DNA from: a virus
Reading direction: 5' to 3' (one strand)
Virus record (IMG/VR): IMGVR_UViG_3300033153_001906
Location: 1-64,000 of that record
Length of the DNA: 64,000 nucleotides
Shown in pieces: positions 49,240-61,345 of this stretch; within the stretch, counting starts at the first letter, position 1; each line of letters starts with the position of its first letter. The position numbers and the translations under genes are program-made. The notes under the pieces are model-generated. The model searched no databases and was not told the DNA's origin. It worked only from the letters and a program-made list of their open reading frames with translations.

Positions 49240-52200
49240 AGGTCAAATACTATTATATCGGCTTCTTGGCCGTTTGTCAAGTATTCTTTTCCAATCTCCG
49301 CCAATGGATCGTCTTCGAACCATAATGTTAATTCTTCTCCATCCATGCCTTCCCTGCTGAATTCACTTACATCTATGGTTGGTCGTTCCCACCAGGGCTT
49401 ATCATGCACGGGAGACTCATATATGCCAATGTATTCAATTCCAGGAAGTGGGTATTTTTGTGCTGGATGAAGGTTTCTATAATTCCGTACTATATTTTCG
49501 GTATCTGTTGCTGATAGTGATATTGAATAAATATCGAGCAAATCTTTTGTGATAGCAGATAGCTTTGCGTGTAACACAACAGACAGCATTGAATCATCTG
49601 GCTGTCCTGGGATGAACATTACAGTGTTTGATGTATCGTCCACAACTGTTTCTAGTAGCTGTGAACCCACATCAATTAGAATAACATCACTTAGGACTGC
49701 TTCCATCCAAAGCTTGGCTCGTTGAAACCCAATTGCTGCGCGTTTTCCGCGTTCTTCAAGCGGCATAGCGTCCTTATCAACAGGCCCACATGCAACGTTT
49801 AGCGTGACAGTCGATGCTGATATTTTAGAACTGTCATCTTCTAGATAAATTCTATTTGCAGAGAATACGTGTGGTATGGTAATAAATGATTCGTGATCGT
49901 CTGTAGGAAATTCCATTATAAATCCCTGTGTTGCTTTACAATTACTTCTGCGCTCTTATTCTCCACTTCATCATAGTCCTTAACCTCACCTTCAATTTTT
50001 CCGATTTCAATTATTCCATCTGGATTCTTGGCAACTTCCATATCGTGCATACGTCTGAACATGCGTTCTTCTAGTTCGGCTTGATATACTATTAGCGCAG
50101 CGCGGGCACTATCAACCATGTGAGTATGCCCCCAATGCGTTTCTTGATACACGATAGTCGTGCATTTTTTAATCTTCTCTTGCAACTCATCGTCAGTGAG
50201 TTCAGTAGCGTCTATGAACGGATGATCCATCTTATGTTAGCAAGACTTCTAGCTTGTCCTTAATAGCCTCTTTGATTTCTGTGCCTTTTGGTGCAGAATC
50301 GTCAGCATTGATTAGTGTTGTAGTGGTCGTGCCTGTTGTAAAACCAGTACAGCTACCACCTAGCGTTGTGCTAGAACCACCTGTTAGCGTAATGCTAGTT
50401 CCTGACGATGTAGTTGTATTAGGTACTGTGTATGTTCCACCAGTAGTATACGTAGGTTGATGAATCCACTGAGGTGAACTTGTGGTTTGAGTCCAATCGC
50501 TATCAGTTTGCGTGAAGTGGTTTGGCTGTTCTAGCTGTGAAACTCTGCGTTGTAGCGAGTCGATGGTTTCCATCATTTTTGTAAATGGGCCTTCTTCCAT
50601 TTCATCGTCTGAAATGTTAAGGCGGACAAGAAACATGAATTTCTTGAGTGCTTTTGTGATTTTTGGATCATCGCTTGCACATGCAGCGTCTAAAAGTGTG
50701 ATAAATTGATTAAATTCGTCGTCAGTCATATCGTAAACTCCATTAAAGTATACGTTTATTTAGCAACGAAATTATGTGCGTGGTTTATTTCTCTGGATAT
50801 GCGTGTCGCATTTTCCCGACTTCCGCTTTTAGCGACGATGCATACAGGTGTGCAACTTCTCTATCATAGAATGTTGCGCTGAACGTGGACATTTCGTTGG
50901 GACACACGCCACAAGAGAATACGTCCCACGGCTCTAGTCCCTTTTTCCACTCAGTATGCCCCTGTAAATAGAAAAATGGCCGTTCATTGGCATCAATTTT
51001 TGGTACACTTTCACTGTCAACTGGTCGGAATTCAAGTTGAGTGTTGAGTCCACGCCAAGCTGTCACTATCGTTGGGCAATCGAGATGCTTGAGTCTAACA
51101 TTATATATTTTTCCATGTGCGCCTGCTTCAACATTTAGGTTTACTACCCAAACGTCGCGCAATCGCTCTCTTAGATCAGTGATTTGTTCAGGATATATGA
51201 CGCGGCGAGGCCAATCTGATTCGCCTTGATGAATTAGTTTGATTTTTGCTGCGTCAGATGGGTGTATGTCGGGGCCAGTCTGGACACGTAGGGGTTCTTC
51301 TGTTTCAAAGAGGGCAGCATTTTTAACAGCAGCAATGCTACCAATTGCTTCTTCTCGTTTCTTGTATAAGCGATTTATTTCTGGATCAGTTGTTAGCTTC
51401 CGCTTAAACGCATATCGTTTAGTAAACGTCTTACCCAATTTCCTCAAAATCTTCGTCCTCTGGTGCTACTTCCTGGATGTCATAGCGATCCATGATGTCT
51501 TTTATGCGACTCACAAGTGCAACATCACCCTCATATGAGCCAGTTGCGTAAAACATTTTCGCAAGGTCAGGAACCACATCATTCGGATCTGATGCAGGTG
51601 CAAGTTTTAGTAAGAACTTTATATCGTCCTTTACGTCTTCGAGGATATCTTTTGCCACGTTACTTCCTTAATTGTTTGTTGTTGCTAACCAATTTTCAAA
51701 TTCTGTTCTACCAGATTGCGTAAGAGACATTGTTACTATCTCCCCACCCTTTAACTTTCGTACTTCGTTATCTACGAATACTGAAAAACTATTAAAAGGT
51801 CGCAAGCAAAGCATATCACGTTGATGTCCGATGTATTCCAAATAACCTTCTTCGATTAATTCTTGTATCGTGTAAAAGTCACTATAGAACACAGTTTGTA
51901 GTACTTCACTTTTTCGTGAATCAGTAATAACTATTGCTGAATTTGTCCTCATTAAAAACTGTAATTCTGTTATACGGTCATTATCCATTATTATTTTCCG
52001 TTACATTCATAATTTATTTAGTATCTTCAAGCAAAAGTTGTATCAAAACAGATACACTACGCTGTGTTTTTCTCCTTGCATTGCCATAACCAATGCGAAA
52101 TTCTCTATTAACATCTTCTTTTATATACTCAACAGGGTCAGGATTCATGCTAACCTCGCCACCAAATACCGCAGCACCAGCTACAGTGCCAATTGCATCA

Positions 52201-55200
52201 GGGATGCTGTTTGCTACATTCTGAGTGCTTGCGCAACCAGTAAGTGCAATCAATGTTAAAATTATAACATAATTCTTCATTCTATGCAACCTTCATTATG
52301 TCTGCAATCACGATTACTTCACATTTTCTACGAAGTATTTTCCTGATTTTGCAAATATGTTCCATGCCATCATCAATTACTATAAACTCTAAGCCAACAC
52401 CCAAGATGAATAAGCTTTTGCATGTTTCGCTATTATCATCAAAGTCTTTGTGATAGCCGCGTGTTCGTTGCTTGTATGCGTTTGGTGTGCTACGCTTGCC
52501 CCACCATTTAATAGTCGAACAACGGTTAAGCCAATGTAAGCTAATGTGAAATTCAGTTGGCTCAACACCCTTCTTCACGTTTCGTGGCGGAGTCGGCCAA
52601 ACGTATCCTAGCATTCCTGATTTATATTCAACTGTTATCATCTTTAATTTCTACTATTTTCACGTTAGGTCTTGCTGTTCGTATTGCTTCAATCAATTCT
52701 TCTGGTGTTTCTCGCGCCAATGGACTTGCTGTACCAATCTTCTCTGCTCTACCATTGCATATCACAACACCGATGCCCGTTGTCAATAGCGTTCCATCGT
52801 TCTTGACAAAGCGCCAGCCGTCTGTGAATTTTCTGGCAGTATAAACGCCATTGTATCCATCGCCACTTGCGCTAACTCTCATCGACTACTTCCCAGCGGC
52901 CCAATCGTTTATCATGCCAATCATCTTTTCATTCAATTTGTGTGTATCATCAACTGCGTCGATGTTGAAGAAAATATTTGCGCCGAAGTGCCCGTTGTAA
53001 TCAACACGCGATACACCATCTAATACTTCCAATCGCGCACAGAGAGTTTCTTCCCACGTATCACATTCATCGTCACGCTTCTCTATTGCTAGATAATCTT
53101 TATCTTCAATTTCGTAGCAGTACGAGCGCATTGTTACGTTCAAGTCACCGATAGCCATTATCGTACCTTCGCATCAAAACGAATATCGTCAGAGCGAATC
53201 CACTCGTCCATTTCTGCAAAACCAGACTGGTAGACACCACCAATGCCGTGTCCTACCATGTGTTCAGTTCCCATGACTACATGCGGACGTATAATCGCAT
53301 CTGCTAATACCATCGTATGTGTTGCTTGTCCATCGTGCGCCCTGAACAGTTCTTTACCATTCGGATGCTTGAATTGAAAGACACCAGCAAACGTATCGTC
53401 GCCTTTGACGCATTGTGCAATTAAATTCAATGGAATCTTAACTGCATCTTTTCCCATCAGCATTTTCGTGTACATTTCTTCGTCCATTAATCCGTTCATT
53501 GTTAGCTCCCAAAACCCAAGTGAAGTTTATTTCCCTTCTTGTCTGCGCATTCAAGAAAGATGTGATGATCGTCACCACTGACATGAATGGCGGTATTCGC
53601 AAAGACTGCCAACTCTAGCCACGTTGGGTCAGTGATTGGATCGCTTTCGTATCTATTGTCTCCCCAACCACCATCGTATGCTATAGTGAATGTGCCCTTG
53701 TATGGAACTTCATCAAGGTTGTTAATTGGCATACCAACATCATCTGTTTCGTATGCAGAATAAGTGACTATGTGCGTATAAGATTCTTTTAACGCATTGA
53801 CGAATCGCTCTTTCTGTGTTCGACCAGGCTTAGTGATTGCTTTTTCGATTTGCGCTTCCATCTGATCGCAAATTTCGAAGTACACTTCATCATCATATTC
53901 TTCATGTATCATTTTCTACTTCCTTTTTCTTGCGTTTGTACATAGGCCCATTCGGGGTAAGTTCATAGTTCGGACACTCAATTTCAACGTGTTCGATTAT
54001 TTGTGGCAAGTCAAAATTGACTGTCATTGAACGCCAAACCTTCATGCCAAGTGTTGCACCTCGCCGAAACTTCCGCGAAGTTCTAATATCGTGTCTTGGT
54101 ACTTCTGTAAATGCAACTGTCTTCACTCTGTTTCATCTCCGTCTTTAAGTCTGCGAACAAACTTATCTTTTATGTTTTCTTTTACTGCCAAACTGTACTG
54201 TGCGAGTCTATACGCTCTCCAATTAGCCCTCCAGAAAAGGTTGTGTTCACTGTTACCAACCCATTTATCGGTAACAGGATCGAATATCTCGACTAGCCAG
54301 TTATGCAAGCATTCTTCGCGTAATGGTCTGACTCTCGTCCTCATTTGCATTCCTCTACTGTGAAGTGGAACGGGCAATCTTCCTCTTCATCGAAATTATT
54401 CGCTTGAATTTTACGATACAATATTATTTGTATATCGCCACACTTGATCTTATCAGTAAATGATCGCTTCGGCGTTATTTCCATCGTTTCAAGACGGTCT
54501 AACAGATCCTGCCATCCCATCATAACGCAGAGCGTTAGTAAATCTTTGCGTTTCCAAATTTCTTGTACTACCCCAAATTCTTCTTCTGGTCGCACACCAT
54601 ATTTTGAGTTTTTATCCTTCACAATATACTTCCAAAATCGAAGCGCGAACAGTAATCACCGTCGAGCCACCAAGCATACGCACAGCGGCCATATCATTCT
54701 TCATGCGTAGAACAATGCCAGTGCGAAGCGGCAAATACTCGGAAATGTAATCGAGATTGAAATGAACTATGTCGCCAACTTTCATTCTACGCCCATCGCC
54801 CTTAACTGATCTAAGTACGCTTTGTCAAATGTTAATGTCTTTGGAATGTCTGTCTTGCCACACTTGCAAGTACACCAGCAATTCCAAGTTTCCGTATTCT
54901 TGTCCTCTGAAACCTTCTTAACGCGCTCATCCGCAGTACACTTGTCTGCAAGATGTACACACGTAAATATGCTCTTTATCAGCATCTTGAGTGCGCGCAA
55001 TGTTTTCATATACGCATACCCAATGTACGTGCAAATCGTTTCTTTACACTAGTGCGCGCTGCATCTGCAATTGGATATATTCTTTCTGCAAGAAAATTGG
55101 TGAAAGTTCTTGCGTCGTGACCATACTGTTCTTTGTCAATAGACTTGCCAAGAAAAAACACTACGTCTGCAATGTATGTATCCTCTGAATACATATCAAG

Positions 55201-55465
55201 AGATTCATTGTCGTATTTCGCAAGAACCTCATTGAGTCTGCCAAGTGCAGCGCGTGTATCGAATTCTTCACTCATTATCCGCTGCTCTTGTTTGCATCGC
55301 CCAGCGTCTTGTCTGCAAGGTTCTTGTTCACGTAGTCACGATATGCCACAAAGAAGTATACCCAAATTGCAACTTCTGTATAACTGTAGAGGCCCCAACC
55401 AATAACTCCAAAGTAGCCAAGTGCCATCAACCAATCAAACGCAGTCATTGGATTAGAATAAAATC

Positions 55466-55975
55466 TCATTCGCTTCCCTCCACTACGGCGGCCAGTGGAT
55501 GATCTGGCAGGAGCCAGAGGGTTCCATTGATTCCATTCGGGTTGTCTGAATCTTCACCAACTGAAAACTCTTGATCGAAAATGGTCATGAGGGTGTGTTC
55601 ATCGCCACCAGCTAAGCCTGCGCCAATGAACGGGAAATGAACTTCTCTGCTTTCGATCATACCAGATGATGCCAAGTGTTTAGCACCACGACAGGCCTGC
55701 TCAACTGCATTGTAATCAACTTGAACAACGTCAGTTCCAAAAAATTCTTGTGTGATTGCATTTACGACTACGATATTGCGCTCGACAATGACGGGGATCA
55801 CTTCGCCAAGAATATAATTCGGCGCTTGGTCATGGTACTGTTCATAAGCAATCGGATATTTATCACGAATGATCTTCGCAACACCTGATCCCATTACGCC
55901 TTGAGCATTGCATCCATGCATGATGTAACCATCTGTGACTTCTGCAAACAAATCGCCAACTTTGACGTTATACAT
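55466..55975 (-). CDS. Macro domain (ADP-ribose hydrolase-like) protein
   Basis: GDLF, HGCNAQG.MGSGVA..I...YP, P.IGAGLAGG. Confidence 0.88.
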   Translation of the reverse strand: MYNVKVGDLFAEVTDGYIMHGCNAQGVMGSGVAKIIRDKYPIAYEQYHDQAPNYILGEVIPVIVERNIVVVNAITQEFFGTDVVQVDYNAVEQACRGAKHLASSGMIESREVHFPFIGAGLAGGDEHTLMTIFDQEFSVGEDSDNPNGINGTLWLLPDHPLAAVVEGSE

Positions 55976-56331
55976 TATAATTTCTCCAATGCAATTTCGT
56001 TCAACTGCTTGGCATACTTCGCCAAACGCGGGTAACCATTTTTGGCTGGCTTAGTCCACTTGGCAATCTGCCAATCAAGCAAGCGATTGTCACGCGCAAA
56101 CGTCTTTGCAGTAAGAGTTCCACTTCGCGCATCTGCGCCACTGAAACCCACGCCATTATTTTCGCGTGTGTCATTTGCACGTACTTCATCGTCTGTCTGA
56201 CGTTGCAGCAATGCGACTAGCGCACGACCAACAACAACTTCGACGTAACGAGCATTAGGATTACGCAACATCGTGCGAATCGTATCTCGCGTAACGAGTT
56301 TGCGTTGTCTCTTTGAATTGATAACTGTCAT
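55975..56331 (-). CDS. Hypothetical basic protein
   Basis: RAL..L..RQT.DE.....T...NGVGF...DA, KY..QL. Confidence 0.65.
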   Translation of the reverse strand: MTVINSKRQRKLVTRDTIRTMLRNPNARYVEVVVGRALVALLQRQTDDEVRANDTRENNGVGFSGADARSGTLTAKTFARDNRLLDWQIAKWTKPAKNGYPRLAKYAKQLNEIALEKL

Positions 56332-56684
56332 TAGATTACTCCACTTTCAGAGAATGAATAAACGCCACCCTTGCCACCAAGAATCAAATGATCGTGAATC
56401 TTGACGTTAACTTTCTTGAGTCGATCTTGAAGGCCGAACGTCAATTCCAAATCGTCTTTGCTCGGACGAACAGGGCCATCAGGATGATTATGCACAAGCG
56501 TAATCATTGACGTTTTGTTGTCAACAATGCCTTGTGCAATATCACGAAATTGAAAACCAACGCGAGTAGCAGTACCTTCGCCAATAATGCGAAAGTCTCT
56601 AACGCCAGTAGTGGAATGAAAGATAACGCCCATCAGTTCGACGGGCGAGTTCTTAATCTTGTCCAGAAATTCTTTGAGGGTCAT
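56331..56684 (-). CDS. RadC-like JAB domain protein
   Basis: LVHNHPDG...PS..D...T, DHLI.G....SF.E.G. Confidence 0.88.
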   Translation of the reverse strand: MTLKEFLDKIKNSPVELMGVIFHSTTGVRDFRIIGEGTATRVGFQFRDIAQGIVDNKTSMITLVHNHPDGPVRPSKDDLELTFGLQDRLKKVNVKIHDHLILGGKGGVYSFSESGVI

Positions 56685-56715
56685 GTATGAGTCACTTTTC
56701 TCAGTCTATAGTAAT

Positions 56716-56744
56716 ATTATACGGTAGAATGAGGAGAAAGTCAA
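56716..56744 (-). promoter_or_regulatory. Sigma70-type promoter
   Basis: TTGACT-17-TATAAT. Confidence 0.78.
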
Positions 56745-56761
56745 ATCTAAATCTCTTTACA

Positions 56762-56824
56762 TATCAATGACTTACAAGTTTTTTCCTTGTTTTATGGGAA
56801 TCAATAACTTATAAGTCTTTGATT
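56762..56824. promoter_or_regulatory. Three IHF-consensus sites (WATCAANNNNTTR)
   Basis: TATCAATGACTTA 56762-74 (+), AATCAATAACTTA 56799-811 (+), AATCAAAGACTTA 56812-24 (-). Confidence 0.6.
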
Positions 56825-58277
56825 TTATTTAGGTTTTACCACCCTTCGTCGCTGAATGTACGCCTATGCCCAATTGTCGCGCTACCATCGTCGGAGAATG
56901 CGTCCCCGTCAGCGACACGAACATAAAATACTGTATTTGAATCCCACACCTTTCTGGTTTCTGTTTCGGGAAACTTCAACTTTAGTTTGAATATATCTTT
57001 TTGACTACGTGTGCCAATAATCCATTTTGGACTGCTACGCTCCATGCATGTGCCATATGCAAATGTTGCGGACATGCTTGCGCACAAGTACATACGCAAT
57101 GCATTATCTGGTTCCATTGGGACTTCTACATTATTGATGATTCTTGGTTTATGACCAGGTATACACAACTTAACGAATTCTATTTCTTCCACAGATTGTT
57201 TCTGTGGTTGCCGAAAATCCCAACTATGCATCGGCTTGTCAAGCAATAAGAAACTAAAGCCATCGCCCCCGCTTATGTGTACATCAGAATGTAATGCAGT
57301 CCAGTCAGTCATACTTTTAGTTTCACTTTAAATAGATGCTTTTCAATATTCGCATCGGGTTCGTTTACTGTAATCATCACTTCGACACCATTTGGATACT
57401 TCTTTCTGTAGAAGCTGGGTGCATTACCCAAGGTCACTGTCCTGCCGTCGTCATATGATTCGTAGTTTTTTAATACTTTCTGTAAATTCTTTACACCCTC
57501 ACCCTTGATTTTCCAATTACCATATCCAAATTTTGTGTTAAACACAGAAGTAAGTGTACGAAATTGAGTAAAGCCAGTTAGAGTAAACTTACATGATGAT
57601 GTTTCACCATCATATTTTGGCACAGTCGGTAGCTTCGGCACCAGGATTATGTCGATCTCATTTAACTTGTCGTATATGTCGATTTTAGCTTTATCCAATA
57701 TGTGTTTGTTGCCACGCACCACACCAATATATTGTTTATCTCCCGACCTACTCTTGGGAATATTTGTGTTAAATTTACCATTTGATTCTATGTGTTTGGA
57801 TGTTAAACTCATCGCGTCACTGGAATCCCAACGGCGAAGAACCCGCGTATCAACATTAATTTCTCTAACCAAGTCGCTAACTCGTTTATATTCGTTTTGG
57901 GTTCTGTAATGAAATGAAATCTTCATAGTAGCTTTCCGCAACACATGCATTCACGAGGATCATCGCGGTTTGGATTTTTATCGCCATAATGGTACAAATA
58001 AACATGCTTTGAAACTGGTGATTCCTCACATGGCTTATCATTGTGTGAAATATAATCTTCTACTTCTAGTGTAGTCCAACAATGCATCTTGTCTGATAGT
58101 TTGGGTTTAAGTATTTTAATTAACAATTCGTTGGTTTGGTCTAGTCCTTCCCGATATTGTTTATAGTGTTCCCTGTATGTGTCATACATTTCTTGCGGGT
58201 CTTCACCATATTTTAGCCGCGCCTTGAACGCCACAAGTTGGGCCTTGCTTGCTTTTGGCTCTTTATCAGTCCAGCGT

Positions 58278-58850
58278 TTAAATAAACCCATTTGTATCAT
58301 TGTCCTTTATCTTGTCTACGAATACTTGTTTCTTGCGCCTTTTGAATGCGATTGTTCTGATGGTGAAGAATGGTAGTCCCAAAAATAATACAGCAGGCCA
58401 TAGTATAGACCCAACTGCTCCAATAAACCAAACTGCGGCCAGTACAATTAGCACAGGCCACCATGCCAAGAAAGTCAAATCTGTATCTTGTTTTCCAGCC
58501 TCTTTTACCTGCCCGATCTTCAAAGCTACATCAAGTCTGTTTTTAAATAGTTTTGTGTCTTTCTCAACTGTCCAGAATGCAAACTGTCCGTGTGTGACGT
58601 ATAGATGATAGTTAAATTTTAGTGAAGCTTGAATTCCGCCCACAGTGAGAATCAATGCCACTATTCCACACGCAGCAAGACAGCCTATCGCTCCCCATGC
58701 CCAAATCTGAAACAAGATTCCTTCTGCTACTGGTTCAGGCACTGGCGGGCCAGAGTATTGTACACCATCAACTTCATACCCGAATGCCAATACTGGAATC
58801 CATAGCATGACTATGATTAAGAAAACCCATTGCGCATTGATGCGTTTCAT
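58278..58850 (-). CDS. Membrane protein with tag-like C-terminus
   Basis: Several TM segments; ends KKQVFVDKIKD. Confidence 0.65.
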   Translation of the reverse strand: MKRINAQWVFLIIVMLWIPVLAFGYEVDGVQYSGPPVPEPVAEGILFQIWAWGAIGCLAACGIVALILTVGGIQASLKFNYHLYVTHGQFAFWTVEKDTKLFKNRLDVALKIGQVKEAGKQDTDLTFLAWWPVLIVLAAVWFIGAVGSILWPAVLFLGLPFFTIRTIAFKRRKKQVFVDKIKDNDTNGFI

Positions 58851-59293
58851 TTAGTATCCATATTTTAATTTGAGTTTGAATGCGCTTTTATCGTCCACGC
58901 GATAGACTGTTGGGCTATCTACGCTGGCTGCGATGCCAAATCCTTTCAATGCTACACAGACTTTTCCAGTGCTGCATTCGTGAGATTGGCTCCATGAAAT
59001 TAATTCAGCATTGCCATCGTAAATCAGGAAGCAGAATTGTCCAAACGGCACTGGCAGTCCATCAATGACAAGCAAATCATCGCGCACACTATAGAATCCT
59101 TCATCGTCCAGTTGTGAACGATCTACAATAAATGTGTTGGATTTGTGGTCTGCGTATAACAGAGGACATTGTTCATCAATATGAATTGACAAGGTGCGAT
59201 CATCGTCCATAACGTCGATTGTCGTATAAGCAGACGTATTAAGACATAAATTAGGAAAAGAGGCCATGATTACTCTAGTGTTAATGAGTTATC

Positions 59294-59322
59294 ATTATAC
59301 TACATGGTCAGGCGCGTGTCAA
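59294..59322 (-). promoter_or_regulatory. Sigma70-type promoter
   Basis: TTGACA-17-TATAAT. Confidence 0.85.
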
Positions 59323-60743
59323 GTCCTTACTTGCTTGTCCTCGACACGTAAACCATTGATTTCTAGATATGGCGCAACATATTTGAAGAAATAAAACTCA
59401 GGGATGTAATAATATCCTTCAGAACAGGAAATCATCAGTTCGCGCACACCACTTAATCCCTGTCTTAGTCGTTGGTCTACCACCATAGATTCCGCTATTT
59501 CGCGGAATGCATCTACGCCAGAAATGGTGTCGTCCTTGTACCTGAACTTTTCACCATCAACATAGCCGCCCTCATCTGCTTTTTTGAAATGTTCCTGATA
59601 AGCGTCTAATATTTTATATGCATTTTTTAGTGGTTCTTGTTCGCCAAGGAGTTGTGCAATCCCATCCCAATCAATGGTGTTTCGTGCTGAAACTGAATCA
59701 TACGTATTGTACCAATCATCAATGAGTTCATGCCAAGTGTAATTGAAGTCGCCCATTGGAAAGAGAACATATACTTCGCCATATATACTTGCAGTACGTG
59801 CGCTACCTGATACAAAAATAGAATTATTTCTATTAGCAGTTCCACCTTTTGAGTTAATGGCAAGATTGAACACTGTGGTTATTGCTTTACTAGAATCTTT
59901 AGGTGATCGGTTGTCGCGGTAGGCTCGGTGAAATGGATAGTTTTCAGCCCGTTCATATCCACGATATGCCAGCTTTAATGGTTGACCAGATTCGCCAATA
60001 AAATCTTTCGCATCACGCAGAATCTTCATTGCAACACGCTTATAGTATTCAGCATCGTCGCCACCATGTAAACCGTCAACAACTTCTTTCCAACTATCTA
60101 CATCGCCTGGTAAACTATCTTGAGTATTGACTTCTTCTTCTACGGGCCATGATGTAGGCCGAGCATTGGGCGCATTCAAAAATTTGGTGACTACTTTTTG
60201 CGCATCTACAAAGTCATTTCCATCTTCACTGTTATCAACGATGAGCATGTTATGAAAGATTGACTGTAATGATCCAAGTTTGCCTTTTAGTTCCGCATGA
60301 ACGTTACGTACCCAATTACTATCTGCTTTGCGCCGACGTTCTTCGTTACGATCAAGTGCTTTGTTCAGTTCTGTGTTTACGAACACGGCCATTGTATCAT
60401 AGCCCATTTTCTCTAGATCATTTTTGATTTCGGTTAGTCGTTCAATCTTACGTCCAGTGCCATCAATAATCAATCCTATCCTGCCGCCCAGCAGTAAATC
60501 TAGTTTCTTCTGTGTGAGATTACCACTGTACTTGTACAGGTCATCATCGAAACCTTGTCCTTGGATACCTTGTCTGTCGCGTAGTAACTCATAGAATTCG
60601 TCCACATTCACTGTGCGCAAACCAGTGCCACCCGCAAGTTTTTTGGCTACATGGGTTTTGCCACTACCTGGCCCGCCAAGCATAAAGATAGCTTTGTGAG
60701 TGTGCGGATCGTTGCGGCCTTCGACTAGTTCGTACAGTTTCAT
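59319..60743 (-). CDS. Two-domain late protein: P-loop (zeta-toxin/AAA_33-like) kinase plus ART-like domain
   Basis: MKLYELVE tag; F..GGPGSGKT, IIDGTG, A..RN..R.R; linker VEEE; YRG...R.P.DS...R..S.F.S.....A..YG..Y..FP. Confidence 0.72.
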   Translation of the reverse strand: MKLYELVEGRNDPHTHKAIFMLGGPGSGKTHVAKKLAGGTGLRTVNVDEFYELLRDRQGIQGQGFDDDLYKYSGNLTQKKLDLLLGGRIGLIIDGTGRKIERLTEIKNDLEKMGYDTMAVFVNTELNKALDRNEERRRKADSNWVRNVHAELKGKLGSLQSIFHNMLIVDNSEDGNDFVDAQKVVTKFLNAPNARPTSWPVEEEVNTQDSLPGDVDSWKEVVDGLHGGDDAEYYKRVAMKILRDAKDFIGESGQPLKLAYRGYERAENYPFHRAYRDNRSPKDSSKAITTVFNLAINSKGGTANRNNSIFVSGSARTASIYGEVYVLFPMGDFNYTWHELIDDWYNTYDSVSARNTIDWDGIAQLLGEQEPLKNAYKILDAYQEHFKKADEGGYVDGEKFRYKDDTISGVDAFREIAESMVVDQRLRQGLSGVRELMISCSEGYYYIPEFYFFKYVAPYLEINGLRVEDKQVRT

Positions 60744-60747
60744 AAAC

Positions 60748-60756
60748 GTATTTATC
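60748..60756 (-). promoter_or_regulatory. Late-type promoter GATAAATAC
   Basis: 4 nt upstream of ATG 60743, immediately after a terminator. Confidence 0.78.
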
Positions 60757-60766
60757 TTGAAAACAC

Positions 60767-60793
60767 AAAAAAGCCCCGCGCATTGGCGGGGCT
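60767..60793 (-). terminator. Intrinsic terminator
   Basis: AGCCCCGC-loop-GCGGGGCT hairpin plus T-run on the minus strand. Confidence 0.88.
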
Positions 60794-60817
60794 AGTTTAT
60801 TGTGCTACTATTTCTAG

Positions 60818-61345
60818 TTATTGTGCGAAACGTGCGCGCTTCAAACGCTCCATCAGTTCACGTTCCCACTTGTTGTACGTGAGGGTCAGCGGAGCAGTCT
60901 TGTTGTCGAACGTAATGCGAGTCTCCTCCAATAGATGATCGTAGACAACAACGTACTCATCATTCCACTTAGCTTCCCTCAGTGCTTGCACACCGTTGAA
61001 GATGCGCTCTGGCAGTATAGCTGCAACAGAAGTCAAGTTTCCGCCTTGCGACTCTTCCTCAGTGAAACCAACGAACGGAAAGTCGTTCTGGTGGCTCAGT
61101 ACTAGGCCATCTTCAAAGAATTGCAGCCAGCCAGTTACGTCTGCGAAAGCACCACCATTCAGACAAATGATCGTCTTGTGGTTCTGAACCCAATCAGACA
61201 CTTGTTCTGCGTATCCGTTCTGCCAGCCCGTTACGAGCAGGTACTTGCTGACAAGTTCCATAGAAGCATGACCAGACTGAATTCCCTGCTGTATTGAAGA
61301 CAGCATAAAGTCTGTAAATGTGTAACAACGTAGTTCTTCGTTCAT
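60818..61345 (-). CDS. Pth2-like (peptidyl-tRNA hydrolase II fold) phage protein
   Basis: LSSIQQGIQSGHA, W...KT.I.L.GG, F.E....G..T.VA..P. Confidence 0.55.
   Translation of the reverse strand: MNEELRCYTFTDFMLSSIQQGIQSGHASMELVSKYLLVTGWQNGYAEQVSDWVQNHKTIICLNGGAFADVTGWLQFFEDGLVLSHQNDFPFVGFTEEESQGGNLTSVAAILPERIFNGVQALREAKWNDEYVVVYDHLLEETRITFDNKTAPLTLTYNKWERELMERLKRARFAQ

Noticed and set aside
50232-50729. Thr/Gly-rich low-complexity stretch as a repeat element
   Set aside because: No regular DNA repeat unit; ordinary low-complexity linker
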